Numbered from the stretch's first letter, positions 44,753 through 53,743 are shown. The stretch: 64,000 bases of DNA from a virus (IMGVR_UViG_3300029438_000229:1-64000); one strand, 5' to 3'. Program-made: numbers and translations. The notes: generated by a model from the sequence alone, not told the origin.

Positions 44753-46066
44753 TTATTTATCGTTAAGAATCGCCAGCAACTCATCGAGGCTGGTCACATA
44801 CTGGTATTTTCTCGCCATCTCACCAGGCACTGGAATCAACTCGCTCATGTAATAAAGAACCTGCACTCCGTTGCTGGTGCATTCGTTATACTTGTCGGTA
44901 TCCCGCTGCTTTCGTGCCTCGAAATCCCCGTCATCGCTGCCGTAGGGGTAAAAGTGCTGCACACCCTGACACTCGATGGCGATGTTCTTGCCTGGCAGGA
45001 AGAAATCCAGACGCTTCTTCCCCATCCACGGAAACATCTTTTCCCGCTGATACTCGATACCGTTGCATTTGAGCATCATGAGCACATCGTTTTCGAGGTA
45101 GGACTTCTCGCGCAGGAAATCTTCCGTATTTCGGTAGATTACCGGCTTGGCAGTCTGACTGATAGCTTTGTTGGGGTTCAGTTTCTTGTAATGCACGGTC
45201 GTCGGTCGGACATAGACGACCTTGCCGCTTTGCAGATGCCGGAAATGTCCGCAACGCTCAGATTGGAGCACGCAGAACCCGGCAAACGCCCGTTTCCCAG
45301 CACCGTCATTCACATAGACGACGATGCCCTTTTTGAGGTCCACGATAGTCTGCTTGGAGGTATTCAGGCATTCTCTGACATCCTTGACCGTTTCCTGCTC
45401 CCCGTTCGCGTGTACGATGCGCTGCTCGACCTTCCGACTCAAACGCCGCCGTTTCCAAAGGCATATCGTGTGCAGCCAGATTTGCAGTATCAGCGCCGCT
45501 GAGCTTGGAGCCGTCACGGTGTTCCGTTCATGTAGGGAATCGCGCTCGGTTCGCAGCCACCGTTCCAGCATGTTGCCAGACTCGTTCAGAACGGAAAGGT
45601 AGCCGTATACCCCATTCCGGGTGTTCACTGCCATCATCAGCCCGTCCACGCCGAATTCCTTCTCTGCCCTTTTCAGCTCGACAAATACCGCCATTTCCCG
45701 CATCCGCCAGTTGTCGGTAGGCATGACCATAGCACAGGTATTCTCGCCCTCAAAGCCTACGAGAATCGGGCATAGGAAAGTTGTGTCAGCCCTTCTGTGG
45801 ACAATGATATATAATGACGCACCGTAGGTATCATCTACCTTGATAGCGTACTCATCGTAGGGCTCAAGCCCATACTCGCCGCGATTCAATCGAAAGTCAC
45901 CGATGACCGATTCGTTGTCGGTCGTGAGTTTCGCAATGGTAGGCAGCTGCAGGATACGAGTAAGACCCTTGACGACCTTATAGCATTCTGCGCTCTTCCC
46001 TTGCATTTGGTACTTGTCATGCGTCAAGTAGAATTCGCGTTGCCATTCGGCGCTATTATTATTCAT
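44753..46066 (-). CDS. Protein with C-terminal DUF559/Vsr-like PD-(D/E)xK endonuclease domain
   Basis: C-terminal ..KKRLDFFLPGKNIAIECQGVQHFYP....RKQRDTDKYNEC..NGVQVLYY. The N-terminal ~330 aa are unrecognised. Confidence 0.6.
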   Translation of the reverse strand: MNNNSAEWQREFYLTHDKYQMQGKSAECYKVVKGLTRILQLPTIAKLTTDNESVIGDFRLNRGEYGLEPYDEYAIKVDDTYGASLYIIVHRRADTTFLCPILVGFEGENTCAMVMPTDNWRMREMAVFVELKRAEKEFGVDGLMMAVNTRNGVYGYLSVLNESGNMLERWLRTERDSLHERNTVTAPSSAALILQIWLHTICLWKRRRLSRKVEQRIVHANGEQETVKDVRECLNTSKQTIVDLKKGIVVYVNDGAGKRAFAGFCVLQSERCGHFRHLQSGKVVYVRPTTVHYKKLNPNKAISQTAKPVIYRNTEDFLREKSYLENDVLMMLKCNGIEYQREKMFPWMGKKRLDFFLPGKNIAIECQGVQHFYPYGSDDGDFEARKQRDTDKYNECTSNGVQVLYYMSELIPVPGEMARKYQYVTSLDELLAILNDK

Positions 46067-46089
46067 GTAAAATCCTCGCTCCCGGCTAC

Positions 46090-47202
46090 TTAGTGCCGAG
46101 AATCTGTAGGTATGTTATTTTCTGAATCAAGTGCTTTTAGCATCTGTTCAGCTAATGCCACCGAAAGCAGCGGCGGGACCGCGTTGCCGATTTCTAAGCG
46201 TTTCAGGCAATCCGAGCCGTAGAACTGATAGCTGTCAGGAAAACTCTGCAACCGTGCTCCTTCACGTATCGTAAGTGCCCTCGAATCTCTCGGATGGATG
46301 CATCTTGATGAGGACGGACAGGCAAAGTTCCGTGTGATGGTAGTGGCGGGTTTCTCCCACCAGAGTTTCGCGTAGGTGTTCTTGAACCCGCTCTTTGGTC
46401 TGAGTTCTTCCGGCAAATCATCTTTGCCTTGCCCATCTTTGAGCGCCGCCATGATTCTGCGAAGATGGGCGCTGTTGTTCGGGGCTTTATGCTCCGTGAG
46501 CGTAGCGGATTCACTCTGCCGGACCCATTGAAGGAATGTATTGCCGGGAGGAGCGGCATACACGGTGCTTTCCTCCCCGCACGAGAGCGCAGGCAGGTCT
46601 TTAAGTGCATCTTGCAGCGTCACATACGGTAGTAGTCCTTCTCCGTGGGTAGGTTCCGGGTATTGAAAGTCATTCTCGCCCAAGAACCCAACCAGAATGA
46701 CCCGTTCCCGCAGCTGCGGTACACCGTAGTCTACGGCATTGAGGATTTTGTATTGGAGGCTGTACCCAATATCCTCGAATTCTTTGCGGACATGCTCAAA
46801 CAGGGCTCCTTTATCCATGCTCAGAATGCCTTTGACATTCTCGAACAAGAAGGCTCTCGGATGCAGGATACAGAGAACGCGCTTGTATTCCATGAAAAGA
46901 TTTGCCCGCGCATCCATTTGGCGTTTACCAAGCGTGGAGTACGACTGACACGGCGGACCACCGACCACGACATCCACTGTACGGTTTCCTATCGCTTGAC
47001 GGAGGATATCTTCAGACAGGTCTTTGATGTCGCCCTGCAGCATATTGACCGAAGGGTGGTTTAGGGTATATGCTTTCGCAATATCCTTTTGCATCTCGTT
47101 CGCCAAGATGATTTCAAAGCGGTCGTTTCTTGAAAACCCGTAACTCAATCCGCCTACACCTGCGAACAGGTCAACGACGGTGTATTTTCTTGTCTCTGGC
47201 AT
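46090..47202 (-). CDS. DNA (cytosine-5) methyltransferase
   Basis: Motifs DLFAGVGG, GGPPCQSYS, ENVKG, QLRERV and GNAVPP. ATG at 47202. Confidence 0.92.
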   Translation of the reverse strand: MPETRKYTVVDLFAGVGGLSYGFSRNDRFEIILANEMQKDIAKAYTLNHPSVNMLQGDIKDLSEDILRQAIGNRTVDVVVGGPPCQSYSTLGKRQMDARANLFMEYKRVLCILHPRAFLFENVKGILSMDKGALFEHVRKEFEDIGYSLQYKILNAVDYGVPQLRERVILVGFLGENDFQYPEPTHGEGLLPYVTLQDALKDLPALSCGEESTVYAAPPGNTFLQWVRQSESATLTEHKAPNNSAHLRRIMAALKDGQGKDDLPEELRPKSGFKNTYAKLWWEKPATTITRNFACPSSSRCIHPRDSRALTIREGARLQSFPDSYQFYGSDCLKRLEIGNAVPPLLSVALAEQMLKALDSENNIPTDSRH

Positions 47203-47235
47203 GATGACTCCAATAAAAAATCCGGCACGAATCAC

Positions 47236-48213
47236 TCATGCCGGACAATGACTTTCTTGCTCTTCAATTTTGCTCAAGATACGGTACAGTTCCGTTCCCA
47301 CGACTCTTGCAAGTTCGCAAGGCACTGCATTACCGATTTGCTTATACTTGCTCGTCAGATTCCCGCAAAAAACCATATCTTTCGGGAATGTCTGGATAGC
47401 AGCTGCTTCTTTATAGGACAAGCGCCTTGTACTGCCTTTCTCCCCGAACTGCCAATGGTCTTTGCCGACCTTCACCATGTCTGGTGACCCGGGCCAGAGA
47501 GGCACTTGCTTTGCCATAGCGGGAATTGTGAACGATACGCTGTCCCATCCGCGTTTCCGGTTCCGGGACATGTAGCGCGAGGAGTAGGCTTCTTTGCAAA
47601 TTTCATCTTCTGCCGCCGGTGCTAAACTCTCTAACGCCTGTCGGATACTGATACGGTCAGGAAAAGGTGTAGGAACCTTGAACTTTACGCCATACCTCTC
47701 AGCAAGGTCTTTTCGGATGCCCACAAGGAGGATTCGCTGTCTATCTTCCGGGACATGATAGTCCGCAGCATTGACAAGGTTGATAGACACTACATATCCC
47801 TTGCTCTCGAAATCCGCGATGATAGCGTCCTTGATTTTCCCGCCACCAAGCGTCAGCAAGCCTTTGACGTTCTCGGCGAGGAACAACTTTGGCTGCTTCT
47901 TTTCGACCAGCTTGACGCAATGCCGGTAGAGCACATTCCGGCTATCGTCGATTTTCCTTGGTCCCGACAGGCTGAAACCCTGGCACGGGAATCCAAAGGA
48001 AGCAATATCGCAATCTGGGATGGTATCGTAGTCCACTTTGCCGATGTCGCCTTCTACCACCGTGGCATTGCTCCACAGCCTATGTGTCTCACAGGCATCA
48101 TGGTTGAAGTCGTTCGCCCATACCGGGCGAAACCCGGCTTGCTCTAAGCCGATATCGAGTCCCCCTGCACCGGAAAACAGAGAGACATGCGTGTATACTT
48201 TGTTCTTATTCAT
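47236..48213 (-). CDS. DNA (cytosine-5) methyltransferase (second copy)
   Basis: Motifs SLFSGAGGLDIG, FGFPCQGFS, ENVKGL, RQRILLVG and GNAVP. ATG at 48213. Confidence 0.92.
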   Translation of the reverse strand: MNKNKVYTHVSLFSGAGGLDIGLEQAGFRPVWANDFNHDACETHRLWSNATVVEGDIGKVDYDTIPDCDIASFGFPCQGFSLSGPRKIDDSRNVLYRHCVKLVEKKQPKLFLAENVKGLLTLGGGKIKDAIIADFESKGYVVSINLVNAADYHVPEDRQRILLVGIRKDLAERYGVKFKVPTPFPDRISIRQALESLAPAAEDEICKEAYSSRYMSRNRKRGWDSVSFTIPAMAKQVPLWPGSPDMVKVGKDHWQFGEKGSTRRLSYKEAAAIQTFPKDMVFCGNLTSKYKQIGNAVPCELARVVGTELYRILSKIEEQESHCPA

Positions 48214-48255
48214 TTTGGCCCTATAAAAAATGAGCGATAAATGCGCGGAATGCAC

Positions 48256-48295
48256 AAAAAACACACGCGCTCATTTATCGAATGCACGCGTGTGT
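48256..48295 (-). terminator. Intrinsic terminator between two methyltransferase genes
   Basis: ACACACGCG-17-nt loop-CGCGTGTGT followed by TTTTTTG (minus strand). Confidence 0.6.
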
Positions 48296-48343
48296 TTAAG
48301 ATGCTTTTTGTTGGTCTTTGTGCGAAAACAAATAGCGGTATCT

Positions 48344-49201
48344 TCAACGGCTTTGCGCCGCATCGGCGATTCGCTCTTTTGCAACATCAAAAAAATCGGC
48401 ATCCTTTTCGATGCCGATAAAGTTTCTATTCGTATTCATTGCCGCCACGCCGGTCGAGCCGCTGCCCATGCAGAAATCGAGGACCGTATCGCCCTCGTTT
48501 GTGTAGCTTTTTATAAGCCACTCACACAACGCCACGGGTTTCTGTGTGCCGTGCGCTGCGCATTTCTGCTTATCTGTGGCAAAGGTCAAAACGCTCGTAG
48601 GAAATCTCTCAGTGCTGTCGTAGCTTTTTGCCTTGTATTTGCCGTAATCCTCAGTCATCTTGGAGTTCCGCTTATGCTCCGCCGTTGAGACTTTTCTTGG
48701 ATGCCCTGAGGTCTTCTGTGGGTTGTAGGTTGGCAGCTTCTTGTAAAAGACCAGGATGTCTTCATGCGCCCTTAGCGGCATCCGGTTCGCGTTGAGGAAT
48801 CCTACCGGAGATGTCTTCTGCCAGATGAGGTTGTATCGCCACGGAATGGTCTTGCCATCCATCAGGGTCTTGGTGTACGCTCCCGCCGAAAATAGAATCA
48901 CTGCGCCGTTCTCTGTCAGGATTCTATCCAGCTGCTTCCAAATCCCCTGCTGTTTATTTTCAGTCCAGATAGACATAGCATCAGCATAGGAAATCCCCGC
49001 CTTGTAGCAGGAAAGAAGAAACTCTGTCAGGCTTAGTCGCTTCCCGTCCTTCATGATGAAATCCTCAAACGGCAATACCGTATCCCAAGCCTGATGTGTG
49101 ATACCGTAGGGCGGGTCCGCTAAGACAAGGTTCACGGAATGTGCCGGAATTTCGTTCAGTTTCTCGCAGCAGTCTCCCTGCATCAGCGTAACGGTGCTCA
49201 T
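48344..49201 (-). CDS. N4/N6 DNA methyltransferase (beta class)
   Basis: LADPPYG near the N-terminus and the AdoMet motif DFCMGSGSTG near the C-terminus. ATGA overlap with the upstream gene. Confidence 0.85.
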   Translation of the reverse strand: MSTVTLMQGDCCEKLNEIPAHSVNLVLADPPYGITHQAWDTVLPFEDFIMKDGKRLSLTEFLLSCYKAGISYADAMSIWTENKQQGIWKQLDRILTENGAVILFSAGAYTKTLMDGKTIPWRYNLIWQKTSPVGFLNANRMPLRAHEDILVFYKKLPTYNPQKTSGHPRKVSTAEHKRNSKMTEDYGKYKAKSYDSTERFPTSVLTFATDKQKCAAHGTQKPVALCEWLIKSYTNEGDTVLDFCMGSGSTGVAAMNTNRNFIGIEKDADFFDVAKERIADAAQSR

Positions 49202-49686
49202 GCTTTACCTCGGAACAGTTCCTTCAAGGCATCCAGCTGGTCAGCCTGAACCCTGCCGTCTCGGATGATGGTGAAGAATCCGCCATCATCGAGCAAAGCC
49301 CGGTCCTGCTGCCCGTACATCGTCACGATGCCCATGTGCCGGCCTTTGAGGTAGTTCAGCATATCCTTTTCCGGGAACTCTTCCCGGAACCGCCACGAAC
49401 AGATACTGAACGGAGCGTACTTATTGATGAAATCCTCGCTGTCACTGTGAAATGCCTCGTCCCGATTCTGGTATCTGTGATGCCGTGCCGTAGTCGCAAG
49501 GATATCTACCCCGTGGACTGTGGGTGCATCGGTATCGACCAGAGGCCCGAACACGACCAATTCCTGTACCTGAAACACAAAAGGTCTTTCCGCCTCGCTC
49601 TTATTGATGAGAATCGCTCGCTCAATCGCTTCCAAGCATCGCTTCTGTGCGAGCGCTCGTGAATATTGCCGCTTCTTTTCCGCCAT
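49198..49686 (-). CDS. Hypothetical protein (162 aa), weak nucleotidyltransferase-like motif
   Basis: GGAGGA upstream of the ATG. The motif is ..VFGPLVDTDAPTVHGVDI... Confidence 0.5.
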   Translation of the reverse strand: MAEKKRQYSRALAQKRCLEAIERAILINKSEAERPFVFQVQELVVFGPLVDTDAPTVHGVDILATTARHHRYQNRDEAFHSDSEDFINKYAPFSICSWRFREEFPEKDMLNYLKGRHMGIVTMYGQQDRALLDDGGFFTIIRDGRVQADQLDALKELFRGKA

Positions 49687-49699
49687 GATTTCCTCCGCA

Positions 49700-49741
49700 A
49701 AACAAAAAAGCCCCGCGCAGACATTTCATCCACGCGGGGCT
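49700..49741 (-). terminator. Intrinsic terminator
   Basis: GCCCCGCG-tggatgaaatgtct-GCGCGGGGC followed by TTTTTTG (minus strand). Confidence 0.65.
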
Positions 49742-49759
49742 AGAACAAACTATGAGTTT

Positions 49760-49882
49760 TTAGAAAACTGCTGCCGTCTGCAAAACGACCGGCACCACCG
49801 TACCGAGCACCAGAGTCAAGGTCATCATGACTGCCATGACAAGAGAAGCAGCCTTCTGGGCTTTCTTTCGATTCCGCATCAT
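49760..49882 (-). CDS. Small membrane protein (40 aa), below the ORF-track cutoff
   Basis: MMRNRKKAQKAASLVMAVMMTLTLVLG.. with AAGAGG upstream. Confidence 0.35.
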   Translation of the reverse strand: MMRNRKKAQKAASLVMAVMMTLTLVLGTVVPVVLQTAAVF

Positions 49883-49896
49883 TGTACCTCTTTTCG

Positions 49897-49986
49897 AGAA
49901 AAATCAAGCCGCAGAGAACAAATCCCTGCGGCTTATACTAAATCACTTTATATTCTCCATTGTATCCAATTCGCACGAATGTGCAA
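49897..49986 (-). promoter_or_regulatory. GCGAA-spacer promoter plus leader terminator
   Basis: TTGCAC-attcgtGCGAAttgga-TACAAT (49959-49986). Then hairpin AAGCCGCAG..CTGCGGCTT plus GATTTTTC (49897-49934). Confidence 0.6.
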
Positions 49987-50202
49987 CTGCCAAGCGACGA
50001 ACACGAAAATTTTCAGTCACCGGGCTTGCCGCCTTCCTTTCTGCAGCCCGTTAGCAACCTACCGAGCGGCAGTAGCTAAATTCCCGGCGCGACGCCTATC
50101 CCAAACTGCTTCGTCCAGAACGGAAACAAGGCGAACCCCTTCCTGTGCCATTCGCCCTTGTATCCTTATGTACTTTTTTGTATCTTTTTGTTGTTTTTCC
50201 TA

Positions 50203-50268
50203 TTGCAATTCCACCAGCGTTCCCGTATAATAGTTACAGAATGATACACAAAGCTACAAAATGATACA
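50203..50268 (+). promoter_or_regulatory. Plus-strand consensus promoter with two operator-like direct repeats
   Basis: TTGCAA-17 nt-TATAAT (50203-50231). Then ACAGAATGATACA (50236-48) and ACAAAATGATACA (50256-68) with 20-nt periodicity, then AAAGGAG and the ATG at 50287. Confidence 0.65.
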
Positions 50269-50286
50269 TGCGAAAGGAGTCGCTAT

Positions 50287-52164
50287 ATGTTCTCTGTCAA
50301 GCTGAACGCCCCTGTCCTGCTTCGCAAGCAGCTGCCGGTGATTGCCAAGGCATTGCATGTTGATGAGAAGGTCCTTGACGATTTTCTATCCGTTTCGGCT
50401 TTCTATGGCGTTAAAGATGGCAAAGGAACAATTGTCCCTATAAAGAAAACGGATACCGTTGTCCATATCGATTATAAGGCATATGATAGCTACTATTTTG
50501 TTGTCGAAGCTATCCTGCAATACGCTAAAGACATCGATGCCTCTGTTACTCTACCTGTCATCACTGAAATCGAACTCGGTACAGATGTTTTCAAAAAGAT
50601 GGCTCCTGACCAGCTTTCAGATATTGTATATCTGGCAAAACTGCTCCGCGACAGCAACGGCCGCATTCCAAGGCTAAAAGAGTTGAATGCGCCGTACATT
50701 CTTGTTGCCAGCGAGTGCGCACACCTGTGCAAAAAGGTGGAGTGCCTTGAAGACAACGCACACATGCCGTCCCCCTCCAAAGACTTAGACGGACATGTAT
50801 ATGCTTCCTTGCATGATATCGGTTATTCGATTCTTGACGGCTGGCTGAACAAGGATGACAGTTCCGAGTATAATGATAAGGAGAATGCGGGATATGACCC
50901 CGATAAGCTGGCGGCGCTCGTCAAGAAAGCCATCGGTACGCGGACACAGGAGCAGTTTTCCCAGACATCGCATCTCGGCCGCGTATATGTGAACCGTCTT
51001 GCGAACGGCAAAACACAGTCTCAGCCTACCGAGGTTACCTTGAAGAAAATCGCCAAGGCAACGGATGCCGTGACAGAAAACGAGCTTCGTCAGGCATGCG
51101 GTTATGAGCCGCTTCCGGGTGAGGATGTCGTGGAGTCTAAGAAACGCATCGAAACCGTGGACGACTACACATGGATTCACGAGAACGTCAATTATTTCCT
51201 TGAATTCTTGAAAGCGCAGATTCCGATGGCGTTGCCGCTGTATAATCTCGTCATCCTCGAGAATCAGTACATGAGCATCCACAAGGACGGCTATGACCTT
51301 TTCGGTATTCATCGCTGCTCGGCTCCCGTCGAGTATTCTGAGGACGGTATTGTTGCGAATGTCATTTACCCCGTTACTTTCGATTTGACAAATTTTCAGC
51401 GTGGCATCCGCCTTTCTGTGGCCGTCGGGCTCTTGGGTCATTACAGCAAAAACAATGAGCTGTACATTACCGACTACATCACCGATGTCGATGCACTGTA
51501 CAAGTATGCACCCTTCTTGCGCAAGGCTATCGACAAAGTAGGAGAGAATTTCAGGGAAAGCGGTGTAGATATTCAAGACTTCCCTGTTTTTTACTATACT
51601 ATAAACCTGAAGAAGGCATTTACAGCAAAGCATGTCTTTGCGAAAATGGAGAAGTTCCTGACCAGTCTTGTGAAAGTTCGTGTGGATGCACTCGGATTCT
51701 ATGCTGACAACCTGAGCGACGAGACCTTCATCAAGTTCCTTAAAAACCATAAGAAGGTCATGACGAACGAGTACGCCGACAACGAAATCAAGGATTTCTA
51801 CGAGAATGTTGTTGTACGGCATGGCGACATCGAGGACTTCTTTGCGGAGAACTCGGACTATAACAGTAAAGCCGCTATCGTCGCCTATGTCATCCAGAAT
51901 GAGGCTTCGGACGATACCCCCCGCCGTCTGGTAGACGGATTCACCTTTGACGATGACGACAAGGAAGATAGACCCTGTGTTGCCGCCTCGAAGCGGAAAA
52001 TCGAAGCATGGCAGAAAGAGCATCCCGGTAATGGCTTTAACCTGAAAGTGTTCTCTGACACTCTGAAAAAGTATGCCGATGAGTTGGGCTTAGAGTTCGG
52101 TGACGTATACTACTATCTGGTTGTCGAGGATGACAAGGCTGACGAGATGGGCGTTCGCGTCTAA
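50287..52164 (+). CDS. Large protein with internal XRE-type helix-turn-helix (625 aa); the only sizeable plus-strand gene
   Basis: AAAGGAG upstream of the ATG. HTH-like segment ..KKAIGTRTQEQFSQTSHLGRVYVNRLANGKTQ..TLKKIAKA. Terminator at 52205-52244. Confidence 0.75.
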   Translation: MFSVKLNAPVLLRKQLPVIAKALHVDEKVLDDFLSVSAFYGVKDGKGTIVPIKKTDTVVHIDYKAYDSYYFVVEAILQYAKDIDASVTLPVITEIELGTDVFKKMAPDQLSDIVYLAKLLRDSNGRIPRLKELNAPYILVASECAHLCKKVECLEDNAHMPSPSKDLDGHVYASLHDIGYSILDGWLNKDDSSEYNDKENAGYDPDKLAALVKKAIGTRTQEQFSQTSHLGRVYVNRLANGKTQSQPTEVTLKKIAKATDAVTENELRQACGYEPLPGEDVVESKKRIETVDDYTWIHENVNYFLEFLKAQIPMALPLYNLVILENQYMSIHKDGYDLFGIHRCSAPVEYSEDGIVANVIYPVTFDLTNFQRGIRLSVAVGLLGHYSKNNELYITDYITDVDALYKYAPFLRKAIDKVGENFRESGVDIQDFPVFYYTINLKKAFTAKHVFAKMEKFLTSLVKVRVDALGFYADNLSDETFIKFLKNHKKVMTNEYADNEIKDFYENVVVRHGDIEDFFAENSDYNSKAAIVAYVIQNEASDDTPRRLVDGFTFDDDDKEDRPCVAASKRKIEAWQKEHPGNGFNLKVFSDTLKKYADELGLEFGDVYYYLVVEDDKADEMGVRV

Positions 52165-52204
52165 TACTTAACCTATAGCCTCTGACTATCCCAGACAAAA
52201 AATA

Positions 52205-52244
52205 ATGCTGCTACCCGTTAGCTGGGCGGCAGCATTTTTGTTTT
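52205..52244 (+). terminator. Intrinsic terminator of the plus-strand gene
   Basis: ATGCTGCTACCC-gttagc-TGGGCGGCAGCAT followed by TTTTGTTTT. Confidence 0.7.
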
Positions 52245-52482
52245 CCGTTCTGAACATGCATTATCCCGCACTGGCATCCGCACCGGGGGCCTTTCTGCTG
52301 GGGTTCCGGTGAGTACCCTGCTTGCTGGCGGCAGGCGGCAAGTAGTGCCGGTGCTCTGTGGGCCCTGCGAAAATTCGGGCAAAAAGAAAACGAGAACTGC
52401 GCCATTAGCGGAGTCCTCGCAAAAGATAATTCTTTTTGATTACAGGGTTAGTATACCTCGAGCCGCACGGATGTGCAAGAGG

Positions 52483-53235
52483 TCATTTGCGATTCTTTTG
52501 GGCAGGTTTCTGGCATCCTAAGCGCATCGCCTTGCAGTAAATAGCAGTGCCTGTTCGGTTCAGGGTTTTCTGCAGGGATTCGCTCGCACCTTCCACGGGA
52601 AAGCGTTCCCGGAGCACCTTTTCCTCATCAGCCGTCCAGGTCGAGCGTTTCTGGCACACAAGGCCCATGATGCTCGTATGGTTCAAGACAGAAGCGCGGC
52701 TGCGGTTGAGGTCTTTCAAAAGAGCCTCGCTTGCACCTTCCCAAGGATATCTCTCAATGAGAATATCCTCCTCTTCCTCGGTCCACCGGTGTTTATTTTC
52801 GCATCGGAGCCCCAATACGTTAGCCTTGATACCGATAAGATAGGCACTGCGCTGAAACAGTTGCACCAGTTCCTGGCTTGCTCCCTCTTTCGGGTATCGT
52901 TCAGCCAGAATCTTCAACTCCTCCTCGGTCCAATAATGCCGAGTGCCTTTTATGCCGAGCAGACGAGCCTTTCTGTTAATGGTCGCGGCGCTTCTGCAGA
53001 GCAGTTTCTGGAGGTCTTTGCTGGCACCCTCGTTCGGATACCGCTCTCTCAGAATCTCGATGTCCTCGTCAGTGAATCTCTTTCGTTTCACATTGCGAAG
53101 CCCAACTTGCTGGGCCTTGAAACGAATCGCTTGCTTTGTGCGACCTAAAGTCTTTACGAGCGAATCACTTGCGCCCTCCTTCGGATACCGCTGATTTAAA
53201 ATCGTTAATTCTTCTGCTGTCCATGGTTTTTCCAT
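52483..53235 (-). CDS. Protein made of five tandem SANT/Myb-like helix-turn-helix repeats
   Basis: Five ~49-aa repeats of the form WT.EE..IL.ERYP.EGAS..L...L.R....I..KA..LG. AAGAGGTG upstream of the ATG. Confidence 0.75.
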   Translation of the reverse strand: MEKPWTAEELTILNQRYPKEGASDSLVKTLGRTKQAIRFKAQQVGLRNVKRKRFTDEDIEILRERYPNEGASKDLQKLLCRSAATINRKARLLGIKGTRHYWTEEELKILAERYPKEGASQELVQLFQRSAYLIGIKANVLGLRCENKHRWTEEEEDILIERYPWEGASEALLKDLNRSRASVLNHTSIMGLVCQKRSTWTADEEKVLRERFPVEGASESLQKTLNRTGTAIYCKAMRLGCQKPAQKNRK

Positions 53236-53265
53236 GATTTTACACCTCTTTCGTTCGTTGGCAAC

Positions 53266-53396
53266 AAAAAAAGAGCAGACGCACCACTGGGGTGAATCTG
53301 CTCTTCTTCGTCAGAATGTGAATTGTACGGAAGTCGTTTATTATGCTGCTATCTATCGTACAATTATAAGTGTATGCTATTCGCACAGCCTGGCAA
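53266..53396 (-). promoter_or_regulatory. Promoter-leader-terminator cassette, copy J
   Basis: TTGCCA (53391-96), 16-nt spacer with GCGAA, TACACT (53369-74). Then ATTGTACGATAGATAGC...CCGTACAATTCACATTC. Ends with hairpin AGAGCAGA..TCTGCTCT (53272-53304) plus T-run. Confidence 0.7.
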
Positions 53397-53400
53397 GAGG

Positions 53401-53426
53401 AAACTGTGCTCAGAACGAAAATGGCG
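53401..53426. repeat. Copy 1 of a ~36-nt repeat containing the CAGAACGAAAAT core
   Basis: TGGCAAGAGGAAACTGTGCTCAGAACGAAAATGGCG, which starts inside the -35 of cassette J. Copy 2 is at 53717-53743. Confidence 0.7.
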
Positions 53427-53561
53427 CTGGCTGCGCTGCATCATTTAGTTGTCGTATATCGGTATGCCGATATAGTGCGGGCGTGCCCATTTTTTTGAGC
53501 GTGGCGAAGAAAACTCTCAGTATTGTGTACGAGTTGCAACTCCTACCAGTTTTGTGTCCTT

Positions 53562-53615
53562 GCACATTTTCCCAACGAGTTTTTGCTGAAATCCGCACTT
53601 TTTCCAGCGAGTTTT
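53562..53615. repeat. Two ~22-nt direct repeats
   Basis: GCACATTTTCCCAACGAGTTTT (53562-84) and GCACTTTTTCCAGCGAGTTTT (53595-615). Confidence 0.65.
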
Positions 53616-53716
53616 CGGTTGTATTCCATGTTTTTCTGTGGATGAGCCTATTGAGAGAAATTTTCTGCACCACTTTTTTAAAAAATCGCATGTCGTTGAC
53701 ACAACCCAGGCAAGGG

Positions 53717-53743
53717 CAAACTGTGTTCAGAACGAAAATAGCG
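53717..53743. repeat. Copy 2 of the ~36-nt repeat
   Basis: AGGCAAGGGCAAACTGTGTTCAGAACGAAAATAGCG. Confidence 0.7.

Noticed and set aside
50785-52023. 412-aa minus-strand ORF
   Set aside because: It is antisense to the plus-strand gene 50287-52164. That gene has a consensus promoter, an SD, an HTH motif and a terminator, while the antisense frame has none of these.
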